Part shown: positions 26,164-38,762 of the stretch, in pieces
Layout: the number at the start of each line of letters is the position of its first letter
How positions within the stretch are numbered: position 1 is the stretch's first letter
Assembly: GCF_018350175.1 (NCBI RefSeq)
Contig: NC_058368.1
Coordinates: 167,712,001-167,776,000, forward strand
Direction: 5' to 3'
DNA length: 64,000 bases
Source of the DNA: Felis catus
Taxonomy: Eukaryota
Translations under genes and position numbers: made by a program
The notes under the pieces: generated by a model
The model's input: the letters and a program-made list of their open reading frames with translations, nothing else
Databases searched by the model: none
Told to the model about the DNA's origin: nothing

Positions 26164-26719
26164 CCTTGTGACTTTTAGAAATGCTGATCTGGTCCAATCA
26201 GAGGAAGGAGGACTTTACACAGAAAATAAATACTTGGAAAACACGATCTAGAATAAGATTAATAAACTGAAATCATAAATGTATATATGTTGCAGCCAAG
26301 CTCAACTTACTGCTAATAAAATGTAAATGGGATCAGAATTTCAGTCTTGAAAGAGCTTAGGCAATGAGTTAGTAAGGCTAATGGAATGTCTATTATAGCA
26401 GATTTAACTATTACCGGGCATTCCGTACTTAGCAGAGATCACATCAGAGAGTTTGCTGCTATGACACTAATCAACCAGCAATCCTGGGAAACATCTTTTA
26501 CATAGACATTTTGCTGAAGTAGAAACCAAAGGGGCATCTATATGCATGTATACAAATATGAACGAGGGTTATTTGTAAAACATGCACATGGTTTTCCTGT
26601 TTATCATTTCTCGTTTAATAATCGAGGGCTAGGGCAAGATCTATAGAGGTTAAGACTAAGTAATTCTCTAATTTTATTTATTTTTCCTTTTGAACTTTTA
26701 ATCGTAAAAGTGGCTAGTT

Positions 26720-26720
<1 letters not shown>

Positions 26721-26754
<34 letters not shown>

Positions 26755-26917
26755 AGAGAGAGAAAAAATGTAAGTGGGAGAGAGGGGCAGAGGGAGAGAA
26801 AGAGAGAATCTTAAGCAGGCTTCACGCTCAGCAGGAACCCTAATGCAGGGCTCCATCCCATGACCCTGGGATCATGACTTGAGGCCAAATCAAGAGTCAG
26901 ATGCTCAACGGACTGAG
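26721..26917 (-). mobile_element. older Can-SINE, 5'-truncated, tail converted to (TATC)8
   Basis: GAATCTTAAGCAGGC...GGGATCATGAC...CAAGAGTCAGATGCTCAAC; degenerate TSD TAAAAGTGGCTAGTTTT/TAAAGGTGGTAGTTTT. Confidence 0.9.
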
Positions 26918-28204
26918 TAAAGGTGGTAGTTTTAAAACTAGAGATGTTATATGAGGTTTGGGTTCCACTTGTAATTCAGACTCTTTATTATACCCTTCCC
27001 CACCCTCATCTTCCTAATATGACAGTCTGAAATTTTTTTTTAAATAGGATATAGACCAGAGTTGGCCTTCTTGTAATGGTACTGCTGATGTTTTATAGTC
27101 TCCTGTGTTTAGAAATGCAGACTTAATTTTTGTCACTGGCTATAAAATACTAATTTTCTTTCACAGACAGCTGCTGAAATCACTATACCCAACAAAAGAA
27201 TCTTCAATTGGTTCTTGCTAATATAAGTTCATGAAAAATATGAAGCATAACTCCTTGTAAAATAGAAAATGTTCTTTCTCTTTTCTCTGTTTCCACAAAA
27301 TGACAAGAGTATCAATGAACTGACAAATGTGCCAAGTACCAATTTCATTTGAGGATTTTACTATTTCAGAAATACAGGTGCAGATTAATATGTCTTTAGA
27401 TTTATATTTCGAGATGAAATTTTAACACTGCAATACCCTTGATATATAATAAAATATAAATAATATTCAGCTGTTATGTTCCATGCCAAAATTATCCTAT
27501 CGATGCTCATCATTTATCATTTGCTTCTAACTATGGAAATCTATAACTCTTAAACCGACAAGTTCTAACTCTTTCATTTACTTTGAGACTGCAATTGTGG
27601 CAGGATTCATAAATTCGTTTCTTGCCTCAGTTCAGTGGCCATCTATAATCTCTATCTGACATATTTTTAATCCCTTCCCTAATTTCAATAAAAAAACGTT
27701 CTTTAGAAATAACAGAAGAAAAATAAGTACATTATATTCACAGCCATTGATTATCTTCCAGAAAGCTTACCTATTAAAGCCATCATGTCATTTGAACTTT
27801 TAATAGAACTGCATTGTGCTAATACTGCTTTCCTTCTAATTTCATTTTGCAATGAAAATCCCTGTAGCAGTTTTTTCCAAAGTGTTTTCCTTGAGTCCTG
27901 GAGGATACAACATGTCTTCAGCCAGAATAAAGGGAGGCATGATTTAAGAAGCAAGTGTATTTGAGAAATTCTGGGTTAAAATAAGGTAAGGAGTTTTCGC
28001 CTTTTATTACAGAATTCTCAAGATTTTGGAGATGTTAATGTTATTGTGACTTCCTAAAAAGGTCATGACCTCCAAAACTTTTCCCAAATATTGAGGACTA
28101 TAAAATCATTTCAAAATATATTAAAAAAAATGAAAACAGATCTTATTAATCTCCAAGTTCCCATTCTGTTGAGGTACTAAAATCAATCTTAAACATATCA
28201 ATAA

Positions 28205-28500
28205 AGGAAAACTGAGTAAATTACAGAATACACAGTTGAATATTGTACAGCCATCAGAAATAATTCTTCAAAGATCTTTGAATGGTATGAGGACATGTTA
28301 ATGTTATAATAATATTGAGTAAAATAATACACAATTACAGAGAATTTGCAATATTACTGAAAGTTATTGAAAATTCGAAAATTATTGAAAGGTGAAATCA
28401 CATAAAAATGGCTCATGATTTTATGGCTGATTTTTTCTTTGCATTTTCCTACAAATTCCACTTCTTAAAAATTAATATGTATGAATTTTATAATATGAAG
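28205..28500 (+). mobile_element. old L1M 3' fragment
   Basis: GAGTAAATTACAG...GAATATTGTACAGCCATCAGAAA resembles the L1M 3' end. Confidence 0.45.
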
Positions 28501-28615
28501 AAAGTAAAAACTGTTTCCTTTTTGTTTTCTTTATCATCAGCAGCTCATCATTATTTTTCATTTGAACATTTTAATTGACTCTATTTTCCCTTTACCTCCA
28601 ATCAGTCCTTTGTCT

Positions 28616-28805
28616 TAGGAGTTAACAAATTTTGGCCAACAGGCCCCACTGGGATGTTGCCTGTTTTTGTAAATAAAGTTTTTTTGGAACATGGTCATAC
28701 CCACTTGTTTGCATATTGTCTATGGTTGTTTTTGTTCTGTAACAACAGAGTTGAGCAGTTGTGATCAAGACTGTCTAGCCTGAAAGTCTGACTTATTTAC
28801 TCTGT
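28616..28805. mobile_element. MER58A-like hAT-Charlie element
   Basis: GCCTGTTTTTGTAAATAAAGTTTTTTTGGAACA...CATATTGTCTATGG...CAGAGTTGAGCAGTTGTGA. Confidence 0.85.
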
Positions 28806-28807
28806 TG

Positions 28808-28882
28808 CAGGGCTGGGACTAGGAATGCAAATGAGGCCGTCAAGGGGCACTCACTCTCAGGAGAGAGGCACTCACTCCCAGG
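28808..28882. mobile_element. MER96-like fragment
   Basis: CAGGGCTGGGACTAGG...GGCACTCACTCTCAGG. Confidence 0.55.
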
Positions 28883-28919
28883 ACAATTATGTGCTCAAAC
28901 ATGTGTAGCACTGAACTAT

Positions 28920-29365
28920 CCAGTAGATGCTTGCATCTTGGGCAATGAAAGAAATAGATATGCAATAGATTTATTGGGGGAAATGCCTGTGCAGAGTAAG
29001 TGGAAGAAGATCAGGAGTAGGTGGGGAGTTCTTCAGACCAATAGTCTGGCCTTTTTGTAGGAGAAGAAAAAAGAATAGTAGGTCTGGCCTTTTTGACAGA
29101 AGGAAAAAGAATCAGTTAAGAGCAGCCTTAGGATACAGCGCTGTTCTGTGAAAGTCTCAGCCTGGCCAATGTGGAGTTCAAGAGTGAGACTAACAGTACA
29201 GGAATCCCTCGCTGAGCAGGAATGGCCTGAATCTAATACTCCCGCCTTAGTACAAACACCGTGGTGGGCCCACAGGTGCCAAAGTTGGAGGCCATCAGCT
29301 GAATATATGTCCACCCAAAGATCTTTTGAAGAAACATCTAAGTGGTACACCTCCATGTCACCACA
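28920..29365 (-). mobile_element. LTR16A-like ERVL LTR
   Basis: AGATTTATTGGGGGAAATGCCTGTG...GAAAGTCTCAGCCTGGCCAATG...CACCTCCATGTCACCACA. Confidence 0.75.
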
Positions 29366-29399
29366 GTGCTTATTAATACTTGCTTATGTGATTTGAGGT

Positions 29400-30330
29400 G
29401 TGTGGATATTGTGGTTTATTCCTACAAATCATTATATCCCCCCCTTCCCACACACACTTTTGGCTTGGTAGAGATTGACTCCGTTTCAGACTAAGGGAAT
29501 CAGGGGTGTGTCATCCCCAGTGCCATAGTGATTGGTGCATGGGTGGTTCAATCAGAATGAGGTTTAGGACTTTTAGTCATTGGGTATAGTTAGAAGTGAG
29601 TTCTCTTCCCTTGGATGTAAAGGAAGCATGTAACTCTGGTTGCTGCCAGTAGGACACATTAGTCAAGAATACTTTTGGCTTAAAGTAACCAAAATGCCCG
29701 ATTAAAGTAATTGGTTACTGTTAAAAAAATACATCAGAGATGAGAGTTTGTTGGCTTAAGTTCAATGGTTTTTCTGCAACAAGTCCATAATTCACTTTGT
29801 CTTATTATTGCAGCAGATCCATTCTTATGCATTTGTAGTCAGCAGCAGGGGGCAGAGGGAGCACAAAGCACAAAGCATCATTTTCCTCATATGCCTTCCT
29901 CCTATCAGTAGAAAAAGTTTCATTCTCAAACACCCCTGAAGCAAGGGCTGGGTTACACAGCTACCTTTTAAACCAGACTCAGAACCTTGATCTCTGAGAT
30001 CAGAGGATCTCTATTACACACTAACCAAAAGTAAATTTCCATCTAGTGTAGAGGTGTGAAGTGGTGGGAAATGGCTTCTGGAAGGGTGACATAGAATCAC
30101 CCACTTAGTTAGCTTGCAAGGCCAGCTGAACATGAAGCTAATAAAAAGAGAAAGATAGAGCTGGGAAAAAAGATAGAGGAATGGAACCAGAGTTCCCATC
30201 ATATCACACTTAGGGTTCATTCTATCTCAGGAATATTCTGTTATATGAAACAATGGAACCATATGATGATCAAGTAAGACTGAACTGATTTTCTCTTTCC
30301 TACAACTGAAGAATCCTAGTTGACTGAAGG
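29400..30330. mobile_element. old MaLR (MLT1J/K/L-type) LTR fragments, probably two nested pieces
   Basis: GTGATTGG...CAATCAGAATGAG and TACAACTGAAGAATCCTA end; opposite-sense ATTAGTCAAGAATACTTTTGG near 29660. Confidence 0.5.
29842..29855 (+). promoter_or_regulatory. candidate CTCF site
   Basis: GCAGCAGGGGGCAG matches 13/14 of CCASYAGRKGGCRS; motif only. Confidence 0.35.
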
Positions 30331-30400
30331 GAAGAGAATGTTGTCTTTAGAGTTTCCAAGACAGAGTAGCAAAGCTGAAAATCAACCAAGGGGGTTGGGC

Positions 30401-30575
30401 TGTATTAGTTAAGATGCTTTCTGTTGTAAGTTATAAACAAACAAACAAACAAAAAGCCCTAAGTCAAAGTGACTACATAACAATGTAATGTATTATCTTT
30501 ATGAAAGGAAATCTAAAAGTAGGACCGGATCCAAGAATTTGGCAGCTCAAGAACACCATCAACAACTTAGGTTCT
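30401..30575 (-). mobile_element. MLT1K/L-type MaLR LTR, left part (continues at about 34317-34410)
   Basis: TGTATTAGTTAAGATGCTTTCTGTTGTAAGT start; continuation CTGCTCAGCCATC...AAGATGGCTGCC after the L1. Confidence 0.7.
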
Positions 30576-33500
30576 TAACACGCAATGGGTCAATAAAGAA
30601 ATCAACAGAGAAATAAGAAAAAATACTTTGCGATACATGAAAATAGATACACAACATGCCAAAATTTATGAGATGCAGTGAGAGCAGCTCTAAGAGGGAA
30701 GTTCATAGTGATAAATGACTACTTAAAAAAAAAAATCTCAAATGACCTAACCCTATACCTGAAGAAACTCCAAAAAGAAAAATAAATAAATCCCAAACTT
30801 AGAAGGCAGTAAATAACAAAGATGAGAGTGGAAATAAATGAAATAGAGACCACAAAGACAATAGAAAGGATCAATGAAACAAAGAGCTGGTTCTTTGAAA
30901 AGACAAAATTGACACACCTTTAGCCAGAGTCACCAGAAAAAAAAGAAAGGGCTCAGGAAAATACAATCAGAAATGAAAGAGAAGAAGTTACAACTGATAC
31001 CACAGAAATACAAAGGATTATAAGAGACTACTATGAACAATTCTATGCCAACAAATTGAACAACCTAGAGAAAAATAGACAAATTCCTAGAAACATACAA
31101 TCTTCCAAGAGTGAATCATGAAGAAATAGAAAATCTGAATAGACAAATTACTAGTAAAAAGACTGAATCAGTAATAATAAAACAAAACAAAACAAAACAA
31201 AACCAAAAACCTCCCAAGAAAGAAGATTTCAGGACCAGACAGCTTCACTGGTGAATTATGCCAAAAAAAAAAAAAAAAAAAAAAATCAAAGATTTAATAC
31301 CAATCCTTCTGAAACTCCTCCATAAAATGCAAGATGAGGGAACACTTCCAAACTCATTTTACAAGGCCAACATTACCCTGATCCCCAAACCAAATAAGGA
31401 CACTACAAGGAAAGAAAATTACAAGCCAATATCCTTGATAAAAACAGATGCAAAAATCCTCAACAAATTATTAGCAAACCAAAATCAATAGTACATTAGA
31501 AGGATCATACACCATGATCAAGTGGGATTTATTTGAGGGATGCAAGAATTGTTCAACATCTATATATCAATCAATAGAACATCACTTTAACAAAATGAAA
31601 GATAAAAATCCTATGATCATCTCAATAAATGTAGAAAAGCATTTGACAAGATTCAACATCCATTTATGATAAAAACTCTCAATGAAGGGGGAATAGAGGT
31701 GCCTCAACATAATAAAAACCATATATGGCAAGCCTATAGCTAACATCATACTCAATGGCAAAAAGCTGAAAGCATTTCCTTGAACACCAGGAACAAGAAA
31801 AGGATGCCCACTTTCACCTTTTTTATTCAACATAGTATTGGAAAGTCCTAACCAGAACAATTAGGCAAGAAAAAGAAATAAAAGCACCCAAATTGGAAAG
31901 GAAGAAGTAAAACTTAGACTATTTGTAGATGACATATTACATTTAGAAAACCCAAAAGTTCCCACCAAAAAAACCTGTTAGAACTAATAAATAAATTTAG
32001 TAAAGTTGTGAAATACAAAATAATATACCCAAATCAGTTGTATTTCTATGCACTGATAACAAACTATTAAAAAGAAAACTTAAGAAAAGAAATCCATTTA
32101 TAATTACATAAAAAATACTAAAATACTTCGGAATAAATTTAACCAAGGAGGTAAAAGACCTATACACTTAAACACTAAGACATTGATGAAAGAAATTGAA
32201 GAAGGGACAAATAAGTGGAAATACATTCCATGCTCTTGATTTGGAAGAAATAATAGTGTTAAGCAGCCCATACTACACAAAGCAATCTACAAATTCAGTG
32301 CAATCCCCATTAATAATCCAGTGGTATTATTCACAGAAATAAAACAAACAGTCCTAAAAATTTGTATGGGACTACCATAGATCCCTGATAGCCAAAGCAA
32401 ATCTGAGAAAGAACAAAGCTGGAGATTCATGATGTACTCCCTGATTTCAAAACAGTAATCAAAACAGTGTGGTACTGGTATAAAAAAGAGATGAATGGAA
32501 CAAAATGGAGAGCTCAGAAGTGAACCCATGCATATATGGACAATTAATTTATGACAAAGGAGCCAAGAATATCCAACAGAGAAAGAAGTTTCTTCAATAA
32601 ATGGTGCTGGGAAAACTTGATAGCCACATGCAAAAGAAGGAAACTTGACCACTATCTTATACTTCACACGATAATTAACTCAAAATGCATTAAAGACTTG
32701 AATATAATATGTGAAACCATAAAACTCCTAGAAGAAAATATAAGTGGTAAGTTTCTTGATACTGGTCTTGGCAATGTGTTTTGACTCTAACTCCAAAAGC
32801 AGAGACAACAAAAGCAAAAATAAACAGGTGGGACTACATCAAACTAGCAAGCTTATGCACAAAAAAAGAAACCATCAATGACATGAAAAGGCAACCTACT
32901 GAAATGGGAGAAAGTATTTGTAAATCATATATCTGATAAGAGATTAACATCCAAAATATATAAAGAACTCCTACTACTCAATGACAAAAAAATCATAAAC
33001 AATTCAATTTAAAAATGAGCAGAAGATCTGAATAGACATTTTCCAAAGAAGACATATAGATGGCCAAAAGATACACATGAAAAGATGTTCTATATCACTA
33101 ATGGGGAAATGCAAATCAAAATCTCAGTGAGATGTCACCTCACACCTGTTAGAATGGCTATTATCAAAAAGCCAAGAAATAACATGTGCTAGTGAGGATA
33201 TGGGGAAAAAAAGGAACTCTTGTGAAATGTTGGTTGGAATGTAAATTGGTATATTCACTATGGAAACCAGTAGGACATTCCTCAAAAAAAATCAAAATAG
33301 AACTATCATATGCAATTCTACTTCTGGGTATTCATCCAAAGAAAACTAACCACTAATTTGAAAATATATATGCCTCTCATGTTTTGATGAGTCTGCAGTA
33401 TATTTTCAATAGCCACGCAACCCAAATATCCAGTGAGGGATGGATGAATAAAAAAGATGTGATATATGTATGTGGAATACTATTCAGCCATAAAAAAGAA

Positions 33501-34213
33501 TGAAATGCTGCCATTTGCAATAACATGGATGGACCCTGACAGCATTATGATAAGAGAAATAAGTCAAACAGAGAAAGCCAATACTGATATAATGGTCTCA
33601 CTTATGTGCAGAATTTTAAAACAACAACAAACCAAGCTCATAGGTACAAAGAACATTTTGGTGGTTGTCAAGGGTGGAGTGTAGGAGATGGGAAAAATGA
33701 GTGATGGTGGTCAAAAGCTACAAACTTCCAGTTACAAAATAATTAAAACATATGGATATAATATACAGTGTGGTGACCATAGTTAATAATAATTTGTTAC
33801 ATATTTGGAAGTTGCTAAGAGAGTATATCTTGAAAGTTCTGCAGCGCCTGGGTGACTTAGTCAGTTAAGTGTCTGACTTCGACTCAGGTCATGATCTCAT
33901 GGTCTATGAGTTCCAGCCCTGCCTGGGGGTCTGTGCTGACAGCTCAGAGCCTAGAGCCTGCTTCAGATTCTGTGTCTTCCTCTCTTTGTGACCCTTCCCT
34001 GCTCATACTCTGTCTCTGTCTCTCTGTCTCTCTCTCAAAAAAATAAACATTAGAAACATTAAAAAAAAATTCCTAATCTCAAGGAAAAAAAACTTGTAAC
34101 CATGAGGTAACAGATGTAAACTAGACTTACTGTGGTGATCATTTTGAAATATATACAAATATCCAATTATGTGGTGTACCTAAAACTAATACAGTGTTAT
34201 AGGTCAATTATAC
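30576..34213 (+). mobile_element. 5'-truncated L1 (L1MA9/L1_Carn7-like 3'UTR) with decayed ORF2
   Basis: ORF2 peptides [55 protein letters not shown] motif decayed to FVDD (31922-31933); many stops and frameshifts; TSD AACAACTTAGGTTCT/AAGAACTGAGATTCT (12/15). Confidence 0.97.
33841..34069 (+). mobile_element. Can-SINE nested in L1 3'UTR
   Basis: GCGCCTGGGTGACTTAGTCAGTTAAG head, (CT)n, AATAAACATT tail. Confidence 0.93.
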
Positions 34214-34297
34214 AAAAGAAGGAGAAGAAGGAGAAGAAGAGGGAGAGAGAGAGAGAGAGAAGGGGAGGAGAAGGGAGAGGGGGAGGGGAAGGGAGAG
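34214..34297. repeat. 84-nt pure purine (GA-rich) tract at L1 tail
   Basis: Direct reading: no pyrimidine between 34214 and 34297. Confidence 0.95.
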
Positions 34298-34629
34298 TGA
34301 AAAGAACTGAGATTCTGTCTCCCTGCTCAGCCATCACCACCAAATTTAGCCTAAGGTAAAGATGGCTGCCTTTGGCAACGGAAGCAACATCTAACATGAG
34401 AGAAAGGGTGTAGAACCTAGGTCTTTCTCTTTAGTTTGATAGGATCAATCTGGACCAAAAAAAAAAAAAACCACATGAAGCAAATGATCGTGTAGAGGAG
34501 CAGCAGGGCTGAGATTTGGGAATAGCTGAAATGTATATACTGGCGCTTATACACACACAGCTAGTGGCCTGTTTCTTCAGTTTGGAATAAATCTAGTCTC
34601 AAGTACTGCTTTCATCATCATAATTACAT

Positions 34630-34856
34630 AAACTAATAACTGCTAAGTGTTTACCATATGCCAGGCACTCTTCCAAATATCTTTACATGCACTATCTCAT
34701 TATCCTCACCAACTGCAACAGCCCTTTGAGGCTGTTTTTATCATCCCTGCTTTACAGAGGAAGCAACTGAAGCCACAGAAACATTAAGTCATTTGGACAA
34801 AGTCACACAGCCAGTAAGGGGCAGAACTGGTATTTGACTGCAGGAAATCTGAATAC
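34630..34856 (-). mobile_element. MIR SINE
   Basis: ATATGCCAGGCACT...TTTACAGAGGAAGCAACTGAAGCCACAGA...AAGTCACACAGCCAGTAAG. Confidence 0.85.
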
Positions 34857-34867
34857 AAATTTCAGTA

Positions 34868-34978
34868 TCTGACACTCCTGGATTTGGATTCCTCCCTCTG
34901 TTATTTCCCAGCTGTGCAACCTTGGGCAAGTCACTTCACTCTTCTGAGCATCATGTTCCTGTTCCATGCAGTAAGATC
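34868..34978 (+). mobile_element. MIR fragment
   Basis: CAGCTGTGCAACCTTGGGCAAGTCACTTCACTCTTCTGAGC. Confidence 0.75.
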
Positions 34979-35019
34979 ACATGATAGATTATGATTTACG
35001 TCACAGATACTCTCATCAC

Positions 35020-35550
35020 TGTGCTAGAGTTCCCCAAGACTACCCTCAGATTCAATGATTCACTAAAATGACTCAGAACACAGAAAAGCTGTTTTACTTA
35101 CAGCTTATTATAGTGAACAGACACATATTAAAATCAGGAAAAGGAGTATAGGGCAGGCACAAGTTTCCAGTTATCCTCTTTCAGTTGAGTTTACAGACAA
35201 TGCTTATTTCTCCCAGTAATAATGTGTAACAACATGTACAGAGTATTGCCAACCAGGGAAACTTATCTGAGCTGTGATGTCCATTGTGTGGTAATGTGGG
35301 CATGGGGTAATCCCACCCTTCCCAAGGTCACAATGATACAACATGGCCCAAGGCCATCACCATCAGTTACATCATTAACATAAAGTATTGGGGTGGCCCA
35401 AGGCCCCAGGTATAAAAAGACATTGTTATCAAGCAGGATATTCCAAGGATTTAGAAGTTATTTCCCAGAGCCAGTCAAGGGCCAGTTTTCTTCTGAACGT
35501 AAAGGGTTTGAACATCTCAGGCCTGGTAGTTAACCCTCTCCTTTACCCCA
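35020..35550 (-). mobile_element. MER77-like ERVL LTR
   Basis: TCCCCAAGACTACCCTCAGATTCAATGATTCACTA...GTATTGCCAACCAGGGAA...GTGGCCCAAGGCCCCAGGTA...GCAGGATATTCCAAGG. Confidence 0.8.
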
Positions 35551-35715
35551 CTGTCACAGCCAGAAAGCATTATTTAGCAATTAAGGACCTGAGAGGATCC
35601 ATCCAGTTTAAACTTATTGATTACCACTTTACAAAGATTAATATTTGCTATTTCTGGTCCCACAACTCATAAATATCAATAATATGCTCTATTTTAGAAT
35701 CTCAAAACCAACACA

Positions 35716-35925
35716 TTTTTTGAAGGTTTATTTATTTTTGAGGGAGAGAGAGACAGAGCACAAGCAGGGGAGGGACAGAGAGAGACGGAGACACAGAATC
35801 CAAAGCAGGCTCCAGGTGCTGAGCTGTCAGCACAGAGCCCCACCTGGGGCTGGAACTCACAAACCCTGAGATCACAACCTGAGCTGAAGTCAGACGCTTA
35901 ACTGACTGAGCCACCCAGGTGCCCC
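35716..35925 (-). mobile_element. Can-SINE
   Basis: Full SINEC body; TSD core AACCAACA. Confidence 0.95.
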
Positions 35926-36145
35926 AGAACCAACAATTTTAAAAGGGAAGATTTCTCAAAAGCCATAGTACTTATCATAGCAAGAAGTACAAACGGTTTG
36001 GAGTTATACTGTATTTATCATACAATATATGATTGGTGATAAGTACATCAATTTGTTTCCTTCTAAAGTCAGATGATCTCTTTTTGTTTTATTCAGGAAT
36101 ATGTAGACAGATCCAGATGTTTATTTTTCTATTTGGACTTTTATG

Positions 36146-36410
36146 CCAGTAATCTCAAAGATTTTTTTGAGTGCACACACCCTTTTAATATAACTTTGAC
36201 CTAGCCACTCTAATTAATGTGTATTAACTTATTTATAAATCATGTGCACTTCACTAAAATAATGCATGTATGATAAGTTACACAATAGAAATCTTAAAAT
36301 GATGAAATTGAAAAGTAAATGTAAATAGAAGTTCTAATATGGTTTTTCCTTAATTGAGTGGATCATCTTGTGAATCACTTGGGTACACATCTTCTCTGTG
36401 GATATTGTTA
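36146..36410. mobile_element. hAT-Charlie MITE (MER113-like)
   Basis: CAGTAATCTCAAA start; AATAGAAGTTCTAATAT...GTGGATCATCTTG; subfamily uncertain. Confidence 0.5.
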
Positions 36411-37914
36411 TTCTACACACTGAAACCGTACCCCAAGTCCTTAATATCAGGCTGTCCTGGATAGCCTGGATCTCTCTGAGGCCCTCACCTTAACATTATT
36501 GTAACAGCATTATATTATGGAGGATATTATTTGATAAGGTAGTAGGAGAAATAATCGATATGTATGAAATAACACACTAGAACATTAAGCTGTATGGCAA
36601 AGAGACTAAGGATTCAAGGCAAGCTCCAGAAGTTGGATTTATCAGATGAGGGAGATCAGGAAGAGTCCACAAAAGAGGGAGGCATGTGGCTGGCTTTTGA
36701 GATGAATGGAATCGGGTTGGCAGGTGAACAAAGTGAACTCAAGTGAGCAAAGGCCTGGAGGGAGGACTAAATGTGACCCAAACTGCAGAGAATGTGAGAC
36801 CAGTCCAACTGAAAGACCCAGCCAGGCCAGTCTTGAAGCTCTTCACCTCCTCTCCCATTTGGCCACTAAAGTGATTCAATCCGCTTCTTTTCCTAACTCT
36901 CAGGAGCTCCAGTGGCTGAAAGCTGTCCTCTCAGACATCAAGGTAACTAAGTTCTGTCTACTGTCCTCACGTGTCAGCTCCTTGAAAATTCCTTTCCTGA
37001 GCTTTCTAGCCTCTGGCTGGCTTTTGAACTCTTCCTCAAGTAGTTATCAATCACAGGCTTTTTCTAGGTGGGACTAGGTTGGATAGGTGATAGGAGAATT
37101 TGTCAGGGGTAAGCCCTTCTTGCGATGGTAAGCAATTCATGTTTTCAAGTTAAAAGTCCTGCCAGTAAGCTATGTATTGTCTTGTGCTGTGTGCAGTTTT
37201 TATTTAAAAATGTGTAGTGGGTAGAGGCTGAAATAAGATTCCACTGATACATCAACTCTCTCAGTAAAGTTCACTTGGGATCATGCCTTGAGAACGTTCC
37301 ATCTTCTGAGAGTAGGTCTGAAGGAAGCTCACCAAGAAGAGAGCAGGGAGGGTGGGTGATGTGGCAGGAAGTATATGTTAATGCAGTTAAAAATTAAGTG
37401 GCATGTGTGTGGTAATAGGAAAACTGAAAGGAACAGATGTTGAAGAGAGGCCAGTTGCCAGCACACAGGGATAGATTGCCTGTCTTTCTGCCGGTGCTCA
37501 AACCAAGCTCCTAGGAGAAATGGTTTTGCTACCTCAAGGTCTTAACGGAACATTAGTCAGGACCATGGAGACTGAGTTTTGCCAAGGAGATGTCATCATC
37601 AACCAGATTTCAAAGAGGCAGTGCAAGCATACTATGTGCAAAGAGGCTCTGTTCCTTGTACACTGTTTCAGACCAAGCTCTTCCAGGCTCGGATGCTCGC
37701 ATAGCCCCTTCATGGAAGCAAAACTCAAGAAGCCTGTTGTTTTCTCTCGGCACTCATCGTGTATGGTCCTTGACACATTCAAGAGTCACCAAATCTCCAG
37801 ATTCAATCCAGCCACACAACTGGCCTCAGGCTGCACCTATTATTATTTACGGCACTACGATCTGTTAGACCAATGGGACTTCCACAAAGATATGTTTCCA
37901 TATCCACATAATTC

Positions 37915-38615
37915 CATTCATTAGTTAATTCACAATAAAAATATAGTGAGTGTTCCCACGATGCTTTGTGCAAGCACTGATTATGTACTGGAGATCTATC
38001 AGTGAGAAAAAATAAATATTCTTGCCCTTATGGGGCTTATATTCCAATGGAAAATAATAACCAATAACCAATAAACATAACAAGTTATATATTACAATGG
38101 AAGGGATATGTACTATGGATAAAGAGAAAAAGCAAAGCAAAGTAAAGAGGATAGAGAGTGCCAGGGTAGGAGTGAATGACAATTTCAAATTGAGTGATCA
38201 GGGCAGGCTTCTACATTACAGGGAGCAAATGGATATTAGAGGGAAGAGAATTTAAGTCAGTGGGAACAGCCAGCAAAAGCCCTAATTTGGGAGGTGCATG
38301 AGCAGAAGGAGCAAGAGAAAGAGGAGAAGAAAATGAAATCAGAGAAGAATGGGCCCAGAATACCAAGGACCTTTTGAGCAATAATAAGGCCTTTTGGCGT
38401 TGGGTCTAGGTGAAATGGGAACCATAGTAGTGTTTTAAGCAGAGGAGATACATGATCTGACATGTTTTAAAAAGATCTCTCTGCTTACAGAATTGAGCTA
38501 AGGGACAATTATAGACACAGAGAGATGATTTAGGAGATTATTACAATGATCTAAGCAAGAGATGATGGCAGCTTAAACCAAGGTAGGAAGAAGCAGTTAG
38601 ATTCTAGATATAATC
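37915..38615 (-). mobile_element. L2a 3' region
   Basis: CATTCATT tail; TGCCCTTATGGGGCTTATATTC; GTGAAATGGGAACCAT...TTTTAAGCAGAGGAGA...CATGATCTGAC. Confidence 0.85.
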
Positions 38616-38762
38616 TAGACTATCCTCTGCTTTAGTTATGCTTGAGTGTCCTGAAGTATAAGCTACTGCACAGCCCTCACCATGTGTTAGCAATACACTC
38701 TGTCTTGAATTTCCCAAACTTACTTTTTCATGTAATATTTATTATGATCAATGTTGAATGGT

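Noticed and set aside
28826..28833. Perfect octamer ATGCAAAT
   Set aside because: An isolated 8-mer in a transposon fragment; expected by chance and also present elsewhere, for example in L1.
29041..29115. Imperfect duplication of GTCTGGCCTTTTTG...AAAAAGAAT
   Set aside because: An ordinary local tandem duplication inside an old LTR.
30576..34213. L1 as an active element
   Set aside because: No 5'UTR or ORF1, endonuclease domain essentially missing, many stops and frameshifts, RT motif altered.
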